A stretch of 64,000 nucleotides of DNA. It comes from Geosiphon pyriformis uo1. Taxonomy: Eukaryota > Fungi > Glomeromycota. Each line of letters begins with the position of its first letter. The first letter of the stretch is position 1. This document shows positions 11,700 through 24,194 of this stretch, in pieces. Location of the stretch: positions 296,764 through 360,763 of the forward strand of contig JAAOMT010000706.1 of NCBI GenBank assembly GCA_016748015.1, written 5' to 3'. The notes below the pieces were generated by a model that did no database searches, was not told where the DNA came from, and was given only the letters and a program-made list of their open reading frames with translations. The translations under genes and the position numbers were made by a program.

Positions 11700-14157
11700 T
11701 TATAAGATCAATTCGAATTTTGTGGCTAAAACTGGCAGGATAGAGACTAGTGGTAATATATTTTTTTTCTTTGCAGCTGGTGCTTTTGTGGATGATACAA
11801 TTTGGATTAGAAATGGTCAAGCTTTGACACAATACATTTTAGACATTGCAAGTAAGTTTTTTGAGATTAATGATATTTTTATCCACAATGATAAGACTAT
11901 GGCTGTTTTTATTAACCAGAGAGTGGTGGATGTCTCTTTGAGTATTAATGGTAAGCCCATATTTGTAGCAAGGAAAAACAAGTCTCATAGGTACTTGGAC
12001 ATATTTTTGTCTATGGAGGTTTTTTTAAGCCTAGTCTGGCCAAAATCCATGGGGATGTCAGGTTTTTTTTAAATATGGTTCTTAAAAAGGTGATATCTAA
12101 TAAACAGTTCTCATATTTGGTATCAGCAGTTCTCCAGCCTATAATCAGTTATCATATGCAGTTTAGTTTTATTGCTATGAGTGTGTATCATAAATGAGAC
12201 ATTTTGATCAGAAAAGAGCTTAGGTCTAAGGCTATATTACCGAGAGATTTTCCCAATGAGACCTTACACCATCTGTTATTATATGGTTTAAAATCATTTG
12301 AGCAGGTGCAGGCTGAGACCAAAGTTGCTTCAATGGTTAGTTTTTCTAATGCATCTGAGATATTAAGTCATTTGTTTGAATACTGCACTTTGGATTTGCA
12401 GATTTCAGGATGGGTGCTTCTTCATTCTTTGAGTTATTCTGTCAAGTTAAGAGTTTGTCTATTGGATAACTTCTTGGCTGGTGTGGTAAGGATTCTTATT
12501 GATGTTAATATTTCTTTATCCAACAATATACCCAATGCTTTTCATCAATTCGGTCATGCTCCAATATCTGAGATTCTGGGATCCAACTTCTATTTTGATG
12601 TGGTACCTTCTTTGAAATATTTTAGTGTTGTTTTTGGCAATATTTTGCTTAACAAGCATGGTCATGTAATGGATTGAAAAACTTTTTGGTGCTAGAAAAG
12701 ATTTAGTCTTAAGAGTCTAGTACCAAATTGGTTTACTAAGGTCTTTGTGTATATGTCCAATCATATATCAGAATCTGGTAGAGATGTGGCTGTGGTAGAC
12801 TGTTCTGACTTTTTTTGTTTGTCTGAATTTCTGAATGCTCATGAATGTTTGTACAAGATTTGGGTTAGAGAACTAAACATATTCACTAATAATTCATTAA
12901 ATGGTCTACAGGTGATGTGACATGTGGAGCTGCAGTCTTTTTTCTGATATTGGCCTGGGTGTGGGTGTGAATGTTCAGGACTTGCTTTCCTCTACCTTGG
13001 TGAAACTACAGACAATTGCTTTGGCTTTGGAATGTGTTCCCTCAGCATGCTCAGTTGTTCTTTACTCTAATAGTCAGACAGCTTTAACTGCTTGTGCATT
13101 AGAATGTGAATTGGATCAGCCTGACTTTCAAAATTGATGTTGAATAGAAAGACATCATATTGCTGATTTGATTAGGTCAAAAGACATTTCTGTTAAATAG
13201 ATGAAAATGAAAAGACATTCAGGTGTGGTTGGCAATGAACATGCTAACACTTTGGCTCATGCTGCAGCACATTCAGACTTGGTCTTTTCTGCTAAGATTT
13301 CTTATAGATTTCTTGCAGCAAATGGAATTGTTATCTTGGGTAATGCTCAGTGTTTTGTGCGTGATATTTATTATACTATAAATTGGGCTTTGTGAGAAGC
13401 TGAGCCTGGCGTTAATATGCTAAACAAGCTAATTATAGGGCATATTGACTGGGAGTGTATTGTATCTGTGTGACATCCTAACTCTCATATGTTAGCTGGA
13501 TTTACTGGTAAGAAATCAGCTGCTTTGTGGACTTATCTAATGAAAGTTGTCTATAGAAAATTGCCTATTGCAGTTCATAAAAGACTATATAACAGATGCT
13601 ATCTGAGCATCTTGTGTCTAATGTGTAGTGAAATCGAGTTTTTTGATCATGCTTTCATATGTTCTAAGGATGCTGTGATTTGTTCAGAGATTGTTTCCAA
13701 TTCAGTGGGTTTGTAGAAGTCATTGGCAGGTAATTGTTTCTCAGTTTCATTTTTAATATTGCTTGCTCTTGCAAAGCCCATAGATAGTAGTGTATATACT
13801 GCGGTGTGCAAAAGTTTTGTTTTTAGGAATTGGGTTGAGAAAGCTGTTAATATATTTGGTGACAGAAAGATAACCATGTCAGTTATCATCAATTTTGTCC
13901 ACCATTTGGCTGATGACTATTGCAGTAGAGTGTGGTTGATAAGGGCTAAATTTTGTGTTAATATGGAAAAGAGTGGTTTGGTTTGTAATACTGGTGCTGT
14001 CTTTGCTTTACTGCATGGTTTATCTTGTCAGCTGTCCAAAGGTGTGGTTCACATGCTTGGTGTTATTGAGTCATTTGCAGTTAGCTTTGGTTCGAGGAAA
14101 TGTTGTTTATTTTTTGCTGGTTTGGATACTGGTTCAGGAGTTTTTGTAAGTGTGTAG
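11700..14157 (+). pseudogene. LINE ORF2 C-terminal half (RT FVDD, RNase H, zinc finger)
   Basis: ORF fragments 11722-14157 as described for LINE copy 1. Confidence 0.9.
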
Positions 14158-14504
14158 TACTGTTTTGATTGGCCCGAGTGGCTGATCACATGTAGAAAGT
14201 ACATGAGTCACATTTAGTTTAATTTATTTTGCTTTGTCTCTGTATATTAGATAGTGGTTAGGCTGCACTTGTTAAAAAATAAAAAATAAAAAAAATAGTA
14301 TATTAGCCAAACTAAGCCAATAATTTATAATAAAATAACTATTATTATTGTTATATTACTTACAAATAAACAAACTGGTAGAGTAATTTAACCAAATATT
14401 ATGTAAAACATTAGCAAAAATAAGTTACAAAAATACACAAAAATAAAATTTATTTATACTCTTTGTATTATTTGTATATTAAACAATAAAACAAAATACT
14501 ATTT

Positions 14505-16807
14505 TTTTTTTTATTAGAGTTTAACAAGCAAGGTCCAACCACTATCTAATACATTATGACTACATAGGGTCTTAAAATTAGATGTAGTTCACACGTTTTC
14601 TATATATAACCAGCTACTCGAGCCAGTTCAGGCTATACTACGTTGATGCACCAGAAGAAAACTTACTCAAAGATGACATTTTTTGAATAACAAAAAACAG
14701 AGTCGCACTACAAGAAACCAATCCAACCAGCCATTCAGCTGTTTTTAAGACATCAGCTTTAACATCAATAGGCTCATGTTCCCAAAGGGACAACAAGTTA
14801 GAAAACACCTCATCATCTAAACCAACTGGATGCTCTGAATCACCAGACATATCAATATCCTCTATGCAGCATTTTTTTTTAAAGAAACCACTTCCCTTTC
14901 CAACTTACCAACCATCTTACTAAAAGAACCCATATGTATCATAACTTTATTGACCTTAAGGCCAAGTTTACTGCTTGAGACCAAATCCCCATTAATAAAT
15001 TGCTTAAACAATTTGACCAAGGAACCAACTGGTTTAACAATAGACTCAACCAAAGTAGAAAGCTTGACCATATCAGATTCCAAAGAAGCCAACCAGGAAG
15101 ACACTAAGGAATCACCAACAACTATAAAAAGGGAAATAGAAGCTGCCAAAGGAAGAAACTCAGAAGAATCTAGGGAAGCAGAAGCTTTTACATAGGAAAC
15201 ACCACCCACAAAATAAGACTTGAAAATCTTGGGAACCTTGGGAGTAGGAGGTGCGAAAATTTTGCAATCTACAGCCAGATGGCCCATCTCTTGACATCTA
15301 AAGCAACGCCAGTAGCCAGGAGTTTTCCACCAGATACAGCATTTCTTTAGAGTATTAGTCTTGACTACAGTAGAATCCAAATCACCTTGAGAGTTAAATG
15401 TAACCAAAGCAAACCAGGAACAATGACCAGAATCAGGAGAACAAGAGATGAAACATGTTTGACCACCAATCTGAGAAATCATATCACTGATTTCAAAGGC
15501 GGTACAGCCAGAGGAAAGGTTGACCAATTTGGTCTTAAACTTATCATGAGACAAAATAGTCTCATTTTGATTCACCAGAAGAAAAATTCTAACACTATTT
15601 TTGCCCATCAAGACTGACCAATGCTTCAAGACAGACACAGCAGAGTTCAATTTTTCAAAATAAACCACCACATACTGCCAAATGCTAGCAGGCTTCAGCA
15701 CAACACGAGTGACACTACCAAACATACTGAGAGCCACCTTAACGTCAGCAGCAGACACACCCAAAGATACATCATGCAGTGCAACAGCAGCAGGAGGGGA
15801 ACCAGATTCAAAAACCACCAAAGACTTGGCAATTTTAAAAGTGGCCAAATGAACAAAGCTTGTAAGCTCAACTAAAAACGCAGTTTCCAAAGACTGTTGA
15901 GAAGCAAACTCTATACAAAAAAGCTTCACATTGTCTTTTGAAACAGATTTAGCATCTAAGAAACCATGTACAGACTGAAAAACAGCCTTAACATGAGCCA
16001 ATTTGATCTTAAAAGTAGCACCAGACACCAGAGTGGAGGCCACCCACCCAGCAAATCTTTAATGACTAGTAATAGTTTCCCAAGCACCACCAGAAGTAGC
16101 ACCAGAAACTAGAGGAGGAAATGAATCAGTTTTCATTTGATCAGCCCAGTTTCCAAGAACAGGTAACCCAACAAAAGAAGATTGTTTTGCTTCTAAAACC
16201 AGCGATAATCTGCCGAAAGACACCACATTTGGCAACACAGCCAGTGGTTGATCTTGGCTCATCTTAAATGATGTGCCAGATGATGCTACAGAGATCTCAT
16301 CTAAAATCTCATTGGGAACCACAAAGAGGTTCGGTGTAACAATAGCAAAGGCAAGTAACTGCCCCCATTTTTCTGAACTTTTGGTCTTTTTGACCATTTT
16401 TTTTGAGGAGGTGGTACCAGAAGCACCAGGTGTTGAATCTATAGAAGGAAAGACCAGCTTATTTACTGGTCTATTATTAAAAACTTTTGGGCTCTTAGTT
16501 GGAGTGGAGGCAACACTGGGACTAACCCAAGTGTGTCTCTTTGAGGGAACTTTAACTGATGAAAAACCAGCCAAAGATGAGGAAGTTGATTCAGTGGCTA
16601 CCAAAGACAGCTTTTCACGATTACTAGGTAAAGGGAAGGCTTCTAAAACGTTTTGCCTAGTTGTTTCTACAACAGAGAGAGCTCCTCTGGTTGAAATCTT
16701 ATTAGATATCTCAGGACAGATATCAAGTATAGTTTTTTTACTCTTTGCTCTGGTCGTGGTCATAAAATTAAGGAGACAAAGAGTTTTTCACAATAATAAT
16801 ATTTTTG
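14505..16807 (-). mobile_element. Non-autonomous ORF1-only LINE derivative (HAL1-like), complete
   Basis: TSD ATACTATTT at 14496-14504 and 16808-16816; ~44-nt 5'UTR; single ORF1; 3'UTR homologous to the LINE 3'UTR; poly(A). Confidence 0.85.
14638..16763 (-). pseudogene. LINE ORF1-like gag protein (RRM-like regions, CCHC knuckle CFRCQEMGHLAVDC, coiled coil), ~700 aa; one stop and one frameshift
   Basis: ORFs 16059-16763 and 14862-16043 share a frame across a TAA; frameshift in an A-run to 14638-14850. Confidence 0.82.
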
Positions 16808-18102
16808 ATACTATTTAGTTTATATTATTTAAACTAATCTATGAAAAACAAACCATTCTACTTATTAAACAAGAAATACTTTTTTTTTTAGTAGAATTAA
16901 TCATTGAAAAGAATTTTAAAGCCATCTTATATTAGAAAACATATTAGTTGATAGAAATATTAGAAAACAATTATAAAACAGCAGCTAACAATATTGATAA
17001 TACTTAGAAATAACACAAAAAAAGACATAATAATTGCCTATTTAACCAACCAGCTAAATTCAAGATTGGAGACAGAGTATTATTACATTGTATTAAAGCT
17101 AAAAAACAGTGAAATAAAAAGTTTGACTCAAAATAGGATGGACTATTTTACATACACAAAGTTTTAGACAATAAAGTATACAAATTACAATTAAAAAATA
17201 AAATTTTAAAGAAAGTAGTACATGAAAATTAACTAAAAATTTATCATATCAACCAAAAATTATTGTTATTTGTATCTCAACTAGGAACACAAATTCTATT
17301 AATTAGACCAGAAAATATACTATGAAATCTAAAATTAATCATCATTAAAATATAGTTTATTGGTCATAAATTAAATTGTAAATTTAACTATATATAAAGA
17401 TTGAAACAGCAAGAAAAAAGACAATAGAATTTTTAATATAGATTTTTCAGATCAAATTTTAAAACTTTCAAAACAACTATTTGAAACAGTTCAACAATCC
17501 ACAACACCAATAAAAATTACAATTGATAAAAAAAAATACAATAGAAAAATTTACATAAAAAAAAGGTGGGTAAAAGTTCAATTAAAACTGAGTGTTTCCA
17601 TTTCTATGAATAATCAAGGAAAAAAAAAAAGGTACATGGTTTCTGATACTAGAAGAAATTTAATAAGATTTTTTCTAAAAAACCAAACTACTTAACATAA
17701 AAAAATAAACACCAAAGAATAAAAAAAAAGGTTTTTAATAGTCTACTGATTCTTTAAGATTGGTAAACAATTAAAATTAAAAACATCATACAAAGATCTC
17801 AACAAACAAATTTTCAACAGAAAAGCTCTCAAACAAGTAAAAAAATTTGTAAAAAGAAAGAATTTAATACTATACTATAAAGTAATTTACTAATTATATG
17901 CAGTCTTTAAATACTGTCCAACCATACTATTAGATAATACACTAAAAACTATTACAGTTAACAGCATAGAACAAATAACAAATACAGTTTAAAGATCTAC
18001 AAAAAGCAATACTCAATATAATAATTAAATACTATACCAAAAAAACAATTTTTACAGATACATATAATTTTGCAGAAGCTTAATTCTAAAAGGAAAGAAT
18101 AA

Positions 18103-20122
18103 TATTATCCAAGTAGAAAAAATAAATCCAAAAAATATTAAAAAAACGTAATTAAAAAATGTGATAACATAGAAAAAATGTGATAATGTAAATAATAAAG
18201 AATAATACATTATAACTCAAAATAATATGAGATAATACAATAATGTGAAATAACACAGAATAACTAATTGTAACATAAAATAATTAGTTACAATATAAAA
18301 GAATGAAGCAACAACAAAAATAACAAGCAATAGTTAGTAATAACAAGTAATTAAAAAGCAATCTTGTAAAACTAGAAATATGTATAAAAACAAGTAGTTT
18401 TAGTAATAAAAAAAAGACAAAAAGACAAAAAAAATAGTCAAATAGAAAATATATCTTTTACTTATGTTTACTAGATTTATCTTACTTATATAACTATATT
18501 ATTTCAGATAAAAAAAACATTTAAAACCAAAAATCACTCATCTATAATTTTTGAATTTTATGTTTAAACTAAATTACTTATTTTTTAGTCTTTATTCCTG
18601 GCCAAATGCTCTTAATATAAAAACATCTCAAATAAATAATAACTTGAACCAATTACTCTTGATTATAACAATTAACAATACTAATTTCTTTTTTTATTTT
18701 TATTTTATTTTTTTATTTTATTTTTTTTTGTTCTTTTTTTTATTTTATTTTCTTGTGGAACAGCAACATAAAAAAATTGACTGTCTGAGAATAGACTTTG
18801 TAATAGCCTGGTAAAAAAAGGAAGCTCTCCTTAGAATTGAATATTAACATTATTTTGTTAGCTTACCAAAAGGGCAAAAAGATATTGTCAGATCTTAGCA
18901 ACTGTATTTAATTAGTTCAGAGAAGATAACTCATATATACAAGTTGTAATATTATAAAACTATATTTTTGTGTCTTATAACCAAAAAACTTCATGAGTAA
19001 ATTCACATTTATTAAGAGATTTTTAAAAACTAATAACACTAAAATACTATACAAGTCTACAAAAAAAAATCTTTAAGTTTTCTTTATCCAAATTTAAAGC
19101 ACTGTTACCAGTAGAATTTAACTGTTAATTAACATGAAATTACCCTCATAATTCTTATTATTAATTAGCATACATTATCATTTATTTCGATTATTACTTA
19201 TTATTTAATCAAATTATCAAATATCATTACTCAATCAATAATTTGATTTGTACTCTAGAAATTAAGATGATTAAATTACACAATACCCTAAACCATTTAA
19301 CATAGTCAAAATTTGTCGAAATTAATGAAAATTGGCCGAAATAATCAATAGTTCAGTGAAATAACTTGTAGTTTGCTGAAATGCATTTTTAGTTCACCCA
19401 AATTATAGCAAAAAGAAAAGTGCAAGTTCAAAGACTAGTATTACAGCAAGTTGTATAAAAGAAAAGCTTTTCTCTTTAAGAAAATGTATTTTTTCATAGT
19501 ATCTTATCATAGTATTTTACTTTAGATATCTTAATTGAAACAAATCACCTTTTCATACAAAATCAAATAAAAATTAAATATTCGAAAACCAAATCTTTTG
19601 ATTATTACACTTGAAATTTTTTCAACACAAACTAATATTTTGAAATTGATTAACTACCAATTTTAGTAATTTGTTAGTGACTTCAGGCCTGGATAGAAAA
19701 CGTTTTTTTTAACAGAATTCTATTTCTTTTACATTTTTTTTATTTTTCTTTTATTTTTTTATTACAAATTATTAAAGTAGCCTACAAACAAGATTCTTGT
19801 AGAAGAGTTGTCTTTCACAGCAAAGTAACTATACATTTTAGTAAGCTTTTATATAAGCAATTTCTGGGAAAGAGTTGACATTTACTACAATGTAACTACA
19901 TAAAGTAACTGGCAAAAAATTGGCCATTCTATTTATAAGTCCAGCAGTTCAAATTATAAGAGATAATTTGAAGATAAATTCAGTTATTGGAGGTTCAATT
20001 GCTTCCAGAAAACGTGAAATTAACAACAGACAAACAGTAATAACATTCAAGAAAAGAGACCAAAAACTTTTGGTAACAGCACCAAACATTATCACTATAT
20101 CCCACTAAATTTACCCATAACA
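18103..20122 (+). repeat. 3' LTR of family C, interrupted by solo LTR B
   Basis: Follows purine tract AAAAGGAAAGAATAA; homologous to 34134-35201 (minus); ends CATAACA. Confidence 0.82.
19103..20078 (+). repeat. Solo LTR of family B
   Basis: TGTTACCAG...TGGTAACA with perfect TSD GCAC; homologous to the LTRs of 22676-32810. Confidence 0.93.
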
Positions 20123-22675
20123 ACATGTTCTTTTTCTGCCAGGAACATTATTCTATAATTCTTTATTTAGTAAAATTTCATCACATATAATACATAGTGT
20201 ATTGTTTTATTTGTCTTGTTATTTTGGTCATTCAAATTGTTCTAATATACAAAATCAACAATAGTATTTAGTAGTAGTGGATCATATTTTATTATCTCTA
20301 ATGCAGGTGTTTATTGAGGATAATTTCTTTTTTACAATCAACACAAATTAATTTTGGGGGTCAATATAATTGATTTTGTTGATTTAAAATTAGATAGATT
20401 AATAGTAATTTCTAAGATTTTTTGTTAGTCTTTCTTTTATCTTTCTTCTTATGTGAAAGGTGGTAATAGCTCTATTTAAAAATTGTCAGTCCAAAAAACT
20501 TGATAGGTTTCCAAAATTGGCTAAAGAGTAGGTTCTTTGAATTTGATTAAGAGTTGTTTTAAAGCTGTTGTTCTAAAATATTTACATGTAACAAATACTC
20601 TAATATATTATTAGTTAAAAGTAATTTAAAGTTTTTGTGTATTTCAACTCAACATAATATAAGTATTATATAATCAATTATTTTCAACTAAGACTTGGTA
20701 TTGAATAACTTTTATAACAAGTACTTTTATTGGAATGTTAATGCCATGGATTTTGAAAAAAAATTGTTAATCTCTCCTATTGGTGTTTTAGTATTTCTAT
20801 TTATGGTAATTATTCTAGCTGTGGCTATACAATTCACTCAGTAACTTAGTTAATCTATAAGTTGTTTTGTGATTATGTTGTCTATGGATCTATTGTTAAA
20901 TATTAATTTAATATTTATTTGTTCTATTTTGGTGTTAGTATATATTGTCATAATTGACTTATTTTGATTTATAATAGCTTTATTAAAAAAATCAGCAGTA
21001 TTTAGATTGTTAATATTAAATAGAAATATGGTAACTAGTATATTGTCTTTAATAATAGTAACAGAAAAAATTATATTGACAGTTTAATTAAGATTAGAAG
21101 AAAAAAAATTGGTAATTTTAACTACATTTTTTTTATTCCAAGATGTAGTATTACAAAAATTTGAAGTTTTTATAAAATCAAATATAAGACTTAGTTTGAG
21201 TATTCTGTTTGTGCTATTTGGAGTAGTATATTGCTATAATATACTGGTTTTATTGGTCCATTAATAAGTTGTATTTGATTTTTACTAATATTTTACTATT
21301 CTTAATTATAGTTAATAACTTAGAGTTTGAGATTATTATATATTAGAGCTTAGTACTGAAGTGTTATTTGTGCTATTGCTTATAGAAACTTATAATAAAT
21401 TGAAAAAAATTGAAATAAATATTGTAATTGTAAGTATTATAGTAAAGAATATTGAAATCTCATGACTTAAAAATGTTTTAATTGTAATTAATATTGATTT
21501 TCTTGGTTTTGATTAGATCATTTCTTTTTGCAATTTTTTGCAATATGTTTGAATTTTTGGCAATAATAACAATTATAAGAATCTGATCTTCAGGGTTGTT
21601 TTTGTTATTGTAAATAGCTGTTGGAATTATTTTTATATTGTGATGATTAATAAGTCCTAGAGTTTTTTGCTAAGAATCTTTTAATTTTCTGAGTTAATTT
21701 TTTACTTAATTGAATAAGCTTGGCATTAATATCTAAAGTTTTATTTATAACTAAGTTAATAGCTTGAATATAATTGGCTTTTTGTTTTACTAATTTAAAA
21801 TTATAAGCAAATATTATGGTTTTTCATAAGCTGTTAAAGTAATAGAATTTAATAGATTAAAAAATACTACTTCTTAGTCTTTAAATAAATTGGTTAAAAA
21901 TTTGTTCTGGTGTATAATAGTCTCTTTTGATTGTCTGAATTTGGCAAAGAATTTGATTAAATTGTCTAAAATACATGATTATTGCTTTATAATTTTTTTG
22001 TTTTATTATACTTAACTGATTTTATAATCTGATAAGTATTGTTATTCATAGAAATTAAGAGTATTATAGTTAGAAAAATAGCTAATTAAAAGTAGATGTA
22101 ATAACAAAAAAATTTCAGAATTTCTCTAAAAAAATTCCAGGATTCCAGAATTTCAGAATTCCAGAATTTCTTTGAAAAAATTGCAGAATTCCAGAAATCT
22201 TGTATAATATATATATATAATGAAAATATTAAAAGCAAAAAAAGTATTCTTAGATAATTTAATTAATTTAGAACAATATCTTTTTTTCAAAAAATAGTTT
22301 TCTATAACTTGAAGTAAAATTATTCTCTTATTAATAAAATTATTTATTATCATCAAATTTATGTTATTATTATTTAATTAAGAATATTAATCACTTTTAC
22401 TACTATTAATACTTTATGTTAATAAAATTTAATACTTAATTACTTTGAACCAATAGCTTTTAATTATGGTTATTGATAAGATATTAATTTTTTATTTTTT
22501 ATTTATTTTTATTTATTTATTTTTGTTGTGTTAATTTACTAACTAATTAAAAAAATTAAATGCTAAGTAATATTAATGTCAAGAATAGTCTGATAAAAGA
22601 CTCAAAAATAAGAATATAAAACTCATAAAATTGAGAATAGCTTACCAAAAAAGCACAACTGCCAGAATAAACTGG

Positions 22676-23721
22676 TGTTACCAGAGGTTTTTGGTCTCTT
22701 TTCTTAAATGTTGGTAATGTTGATTTGCTGTGAATTCATGTTTTCAGGAAGTAGTTGAACCTCCAATAACTGAATTTATCTTCAAATTATCTTCTATAAT
22801 TTGAACTGCTGGGCTTATAAGTGGAATGGCCAATTCCTTGCCAGTTACTTTATGTAGTTACATTGTAGTAAACGTCAACTTTTTCCCAGGAATTACTTGT
22901 CTGGAAGCTCACTAAAATGTATAGTTACTTTGCTGTGAAAGTCAACTCTTTTACAGGAATTTTGTCTGTAGGCTACCCTAATGATTGTAATAAGAAAAGA
23001 AAAATAAAATAAAAGAAATGTAAAAGAAATAGAATTTTGTCAAGAAAAATGTTTTCTATCCAGGCCTGGAGTCACTAACAGTTTATTGAAATTGGTAGCT
23101 AATCAATTTCGAAATGTTAGTTGGGTTTTTGGGAGTTTTTCCAAGTACAATAATTAAAGAATTTGGTTTTTCAAATTATTTGATATTTATTTTTTTTTGT
23201 GTGTATAGGAACGGTTTTAAGAGATAAATCTAAAGTAAGATACATTTTCCAGAAGAGAAAAGCTCTTCTTTTATACAACTTGTTGTAGTACTAGTTTATG
23301 AACTTGCACTTTTTCTCTTTGCCCAAATTCCGGCAAACTAAAGATACATTTTGATGAACTACAAGTTATTTTGCTGAACTATTGATTAATTTGGGTAAAC
23401 TATTCATAATTTCGGCGAATTTCTNNNNNNNNNNNNNNNNNNNNNNNNNNNNNNNNNNNNNNNNNNNNNNNNNNNNNNNNNNNNNNNNNNNNNNNNNNNN
23501 NNNNNNNNNNNNNNNNNNNNNNNNNNNNNNNNNNNNNNNNNNNNNNNNNNNNNNNNNNNNNNNTTCTGTTATACTAATTAGATTATTTTAATTGAATCGT
23601 GATATGTGATAATTGATTAAATAATAAATGATAATTTGAAGTGATATTAATATACTAATGAATTATAGGAATTATAAGGGTAATTTCATGCTAATTAATA
23701 GCTAAAATTCTACTGGTAACA
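22676..23721 (-). repeat. 3' LTR of element B (contains N gap)
   Basis: Direct repeat of 31799-32810. Confidence 0.93.
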
Positions 23722-23724
23722 TAA

Positions 23725-24021
23725 TCTCCTCCTTAAGACTGAGCTCCGTCGAAGTCCAAGCACTATCTGTAATATTGAGATAGTGATCTAAAATGATTGA
23801 AGTAATCTGGTCTGAAAATTGTTGAAATTTCAGTTCTGTGAGTTTGCCAATGTATTGGACTTTCATTGATTGCAGTATTGGATTTTGTAGAACATTTTCA
23901 CAAGTATTAAACAAATCATAGAGTTTAAAAGCTGCTCTAAGTTTGTAGCGAGTGTTTGTTGGTCCAGCTGCTGTTTTGAATTCATTGTAGATTTGTTTTT
24001 GTATAACTTCAGGAGTGAGAT
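23725..24021 (-). pseudogene. Extra 3' ORF of element B (partial, N gap)
   Basis: ...YKLRAAFKLYDLFNTCENVLQNPILQSMKVQYIGKLTELKFQQF, similar to the extra ORFs of A and C. Confidence 0.6.
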
Positions 24022-24194
24022 NNNNNNNNNNNNNNNNNNNNNNNNNNNNNNNNNNNNNNNNNNNNNNNNNNGAGAATAAAGAAAATTATTTTTTGGATAT
24101 GGGGTTTTTATTTGTTTTTGGGTTTGGGTGTTTTGTAATTATTTACTATTTTTGTCTTTGTGTTTTTTTTTTTAGTAGAGAATTATTGTAAAAT

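Larger units (their letters stand above)
1..14295 (+). mobile_element. Non-LTR retrotransposon (LINE) copy 1: ORF2 with RT, RNase H and C-terminal CCHC, 3'UTR and poly(A); 5' part outside window; split by Gypsy element A
   Basis: RT motifs KAAGLSDIP, TRPIALIE, LQDMHKVY, GLDQG (655-1400) continue after 11700 (AFVDDTIW). RNase H-like VLYSNSQ...HSGVVGNEHAN (12900-13260), CLMC...HAFIC, A-rich tail 14274-14295. Removing element A restores the reading HLCGYKINSNFVAKTG. Confidence 0.92.
14296..20122 (+). mobile_element. 3' part of an old Gypsy family C element (integrase core, extra ORF, 3' LTR), interrupted by the ORF1-only LINE and by solo LTR B
   Basis: 14296-14500 translates as degenerate YLQINKLVE*FNQILCKTLAK...TIKQNT and continues at 16817 (FKLIYEKQTILL); GPY/F-like region near 17130; LTR from 18103. 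Confidence 0.8.

Noticed and set aside
16273-16818. 181-aa plus-strand ORF and similar antisense ORFs over TE genes (e.g. 4976-5464, 42810-43112)
   Set aside because: Antisense shadows of real coding frames.
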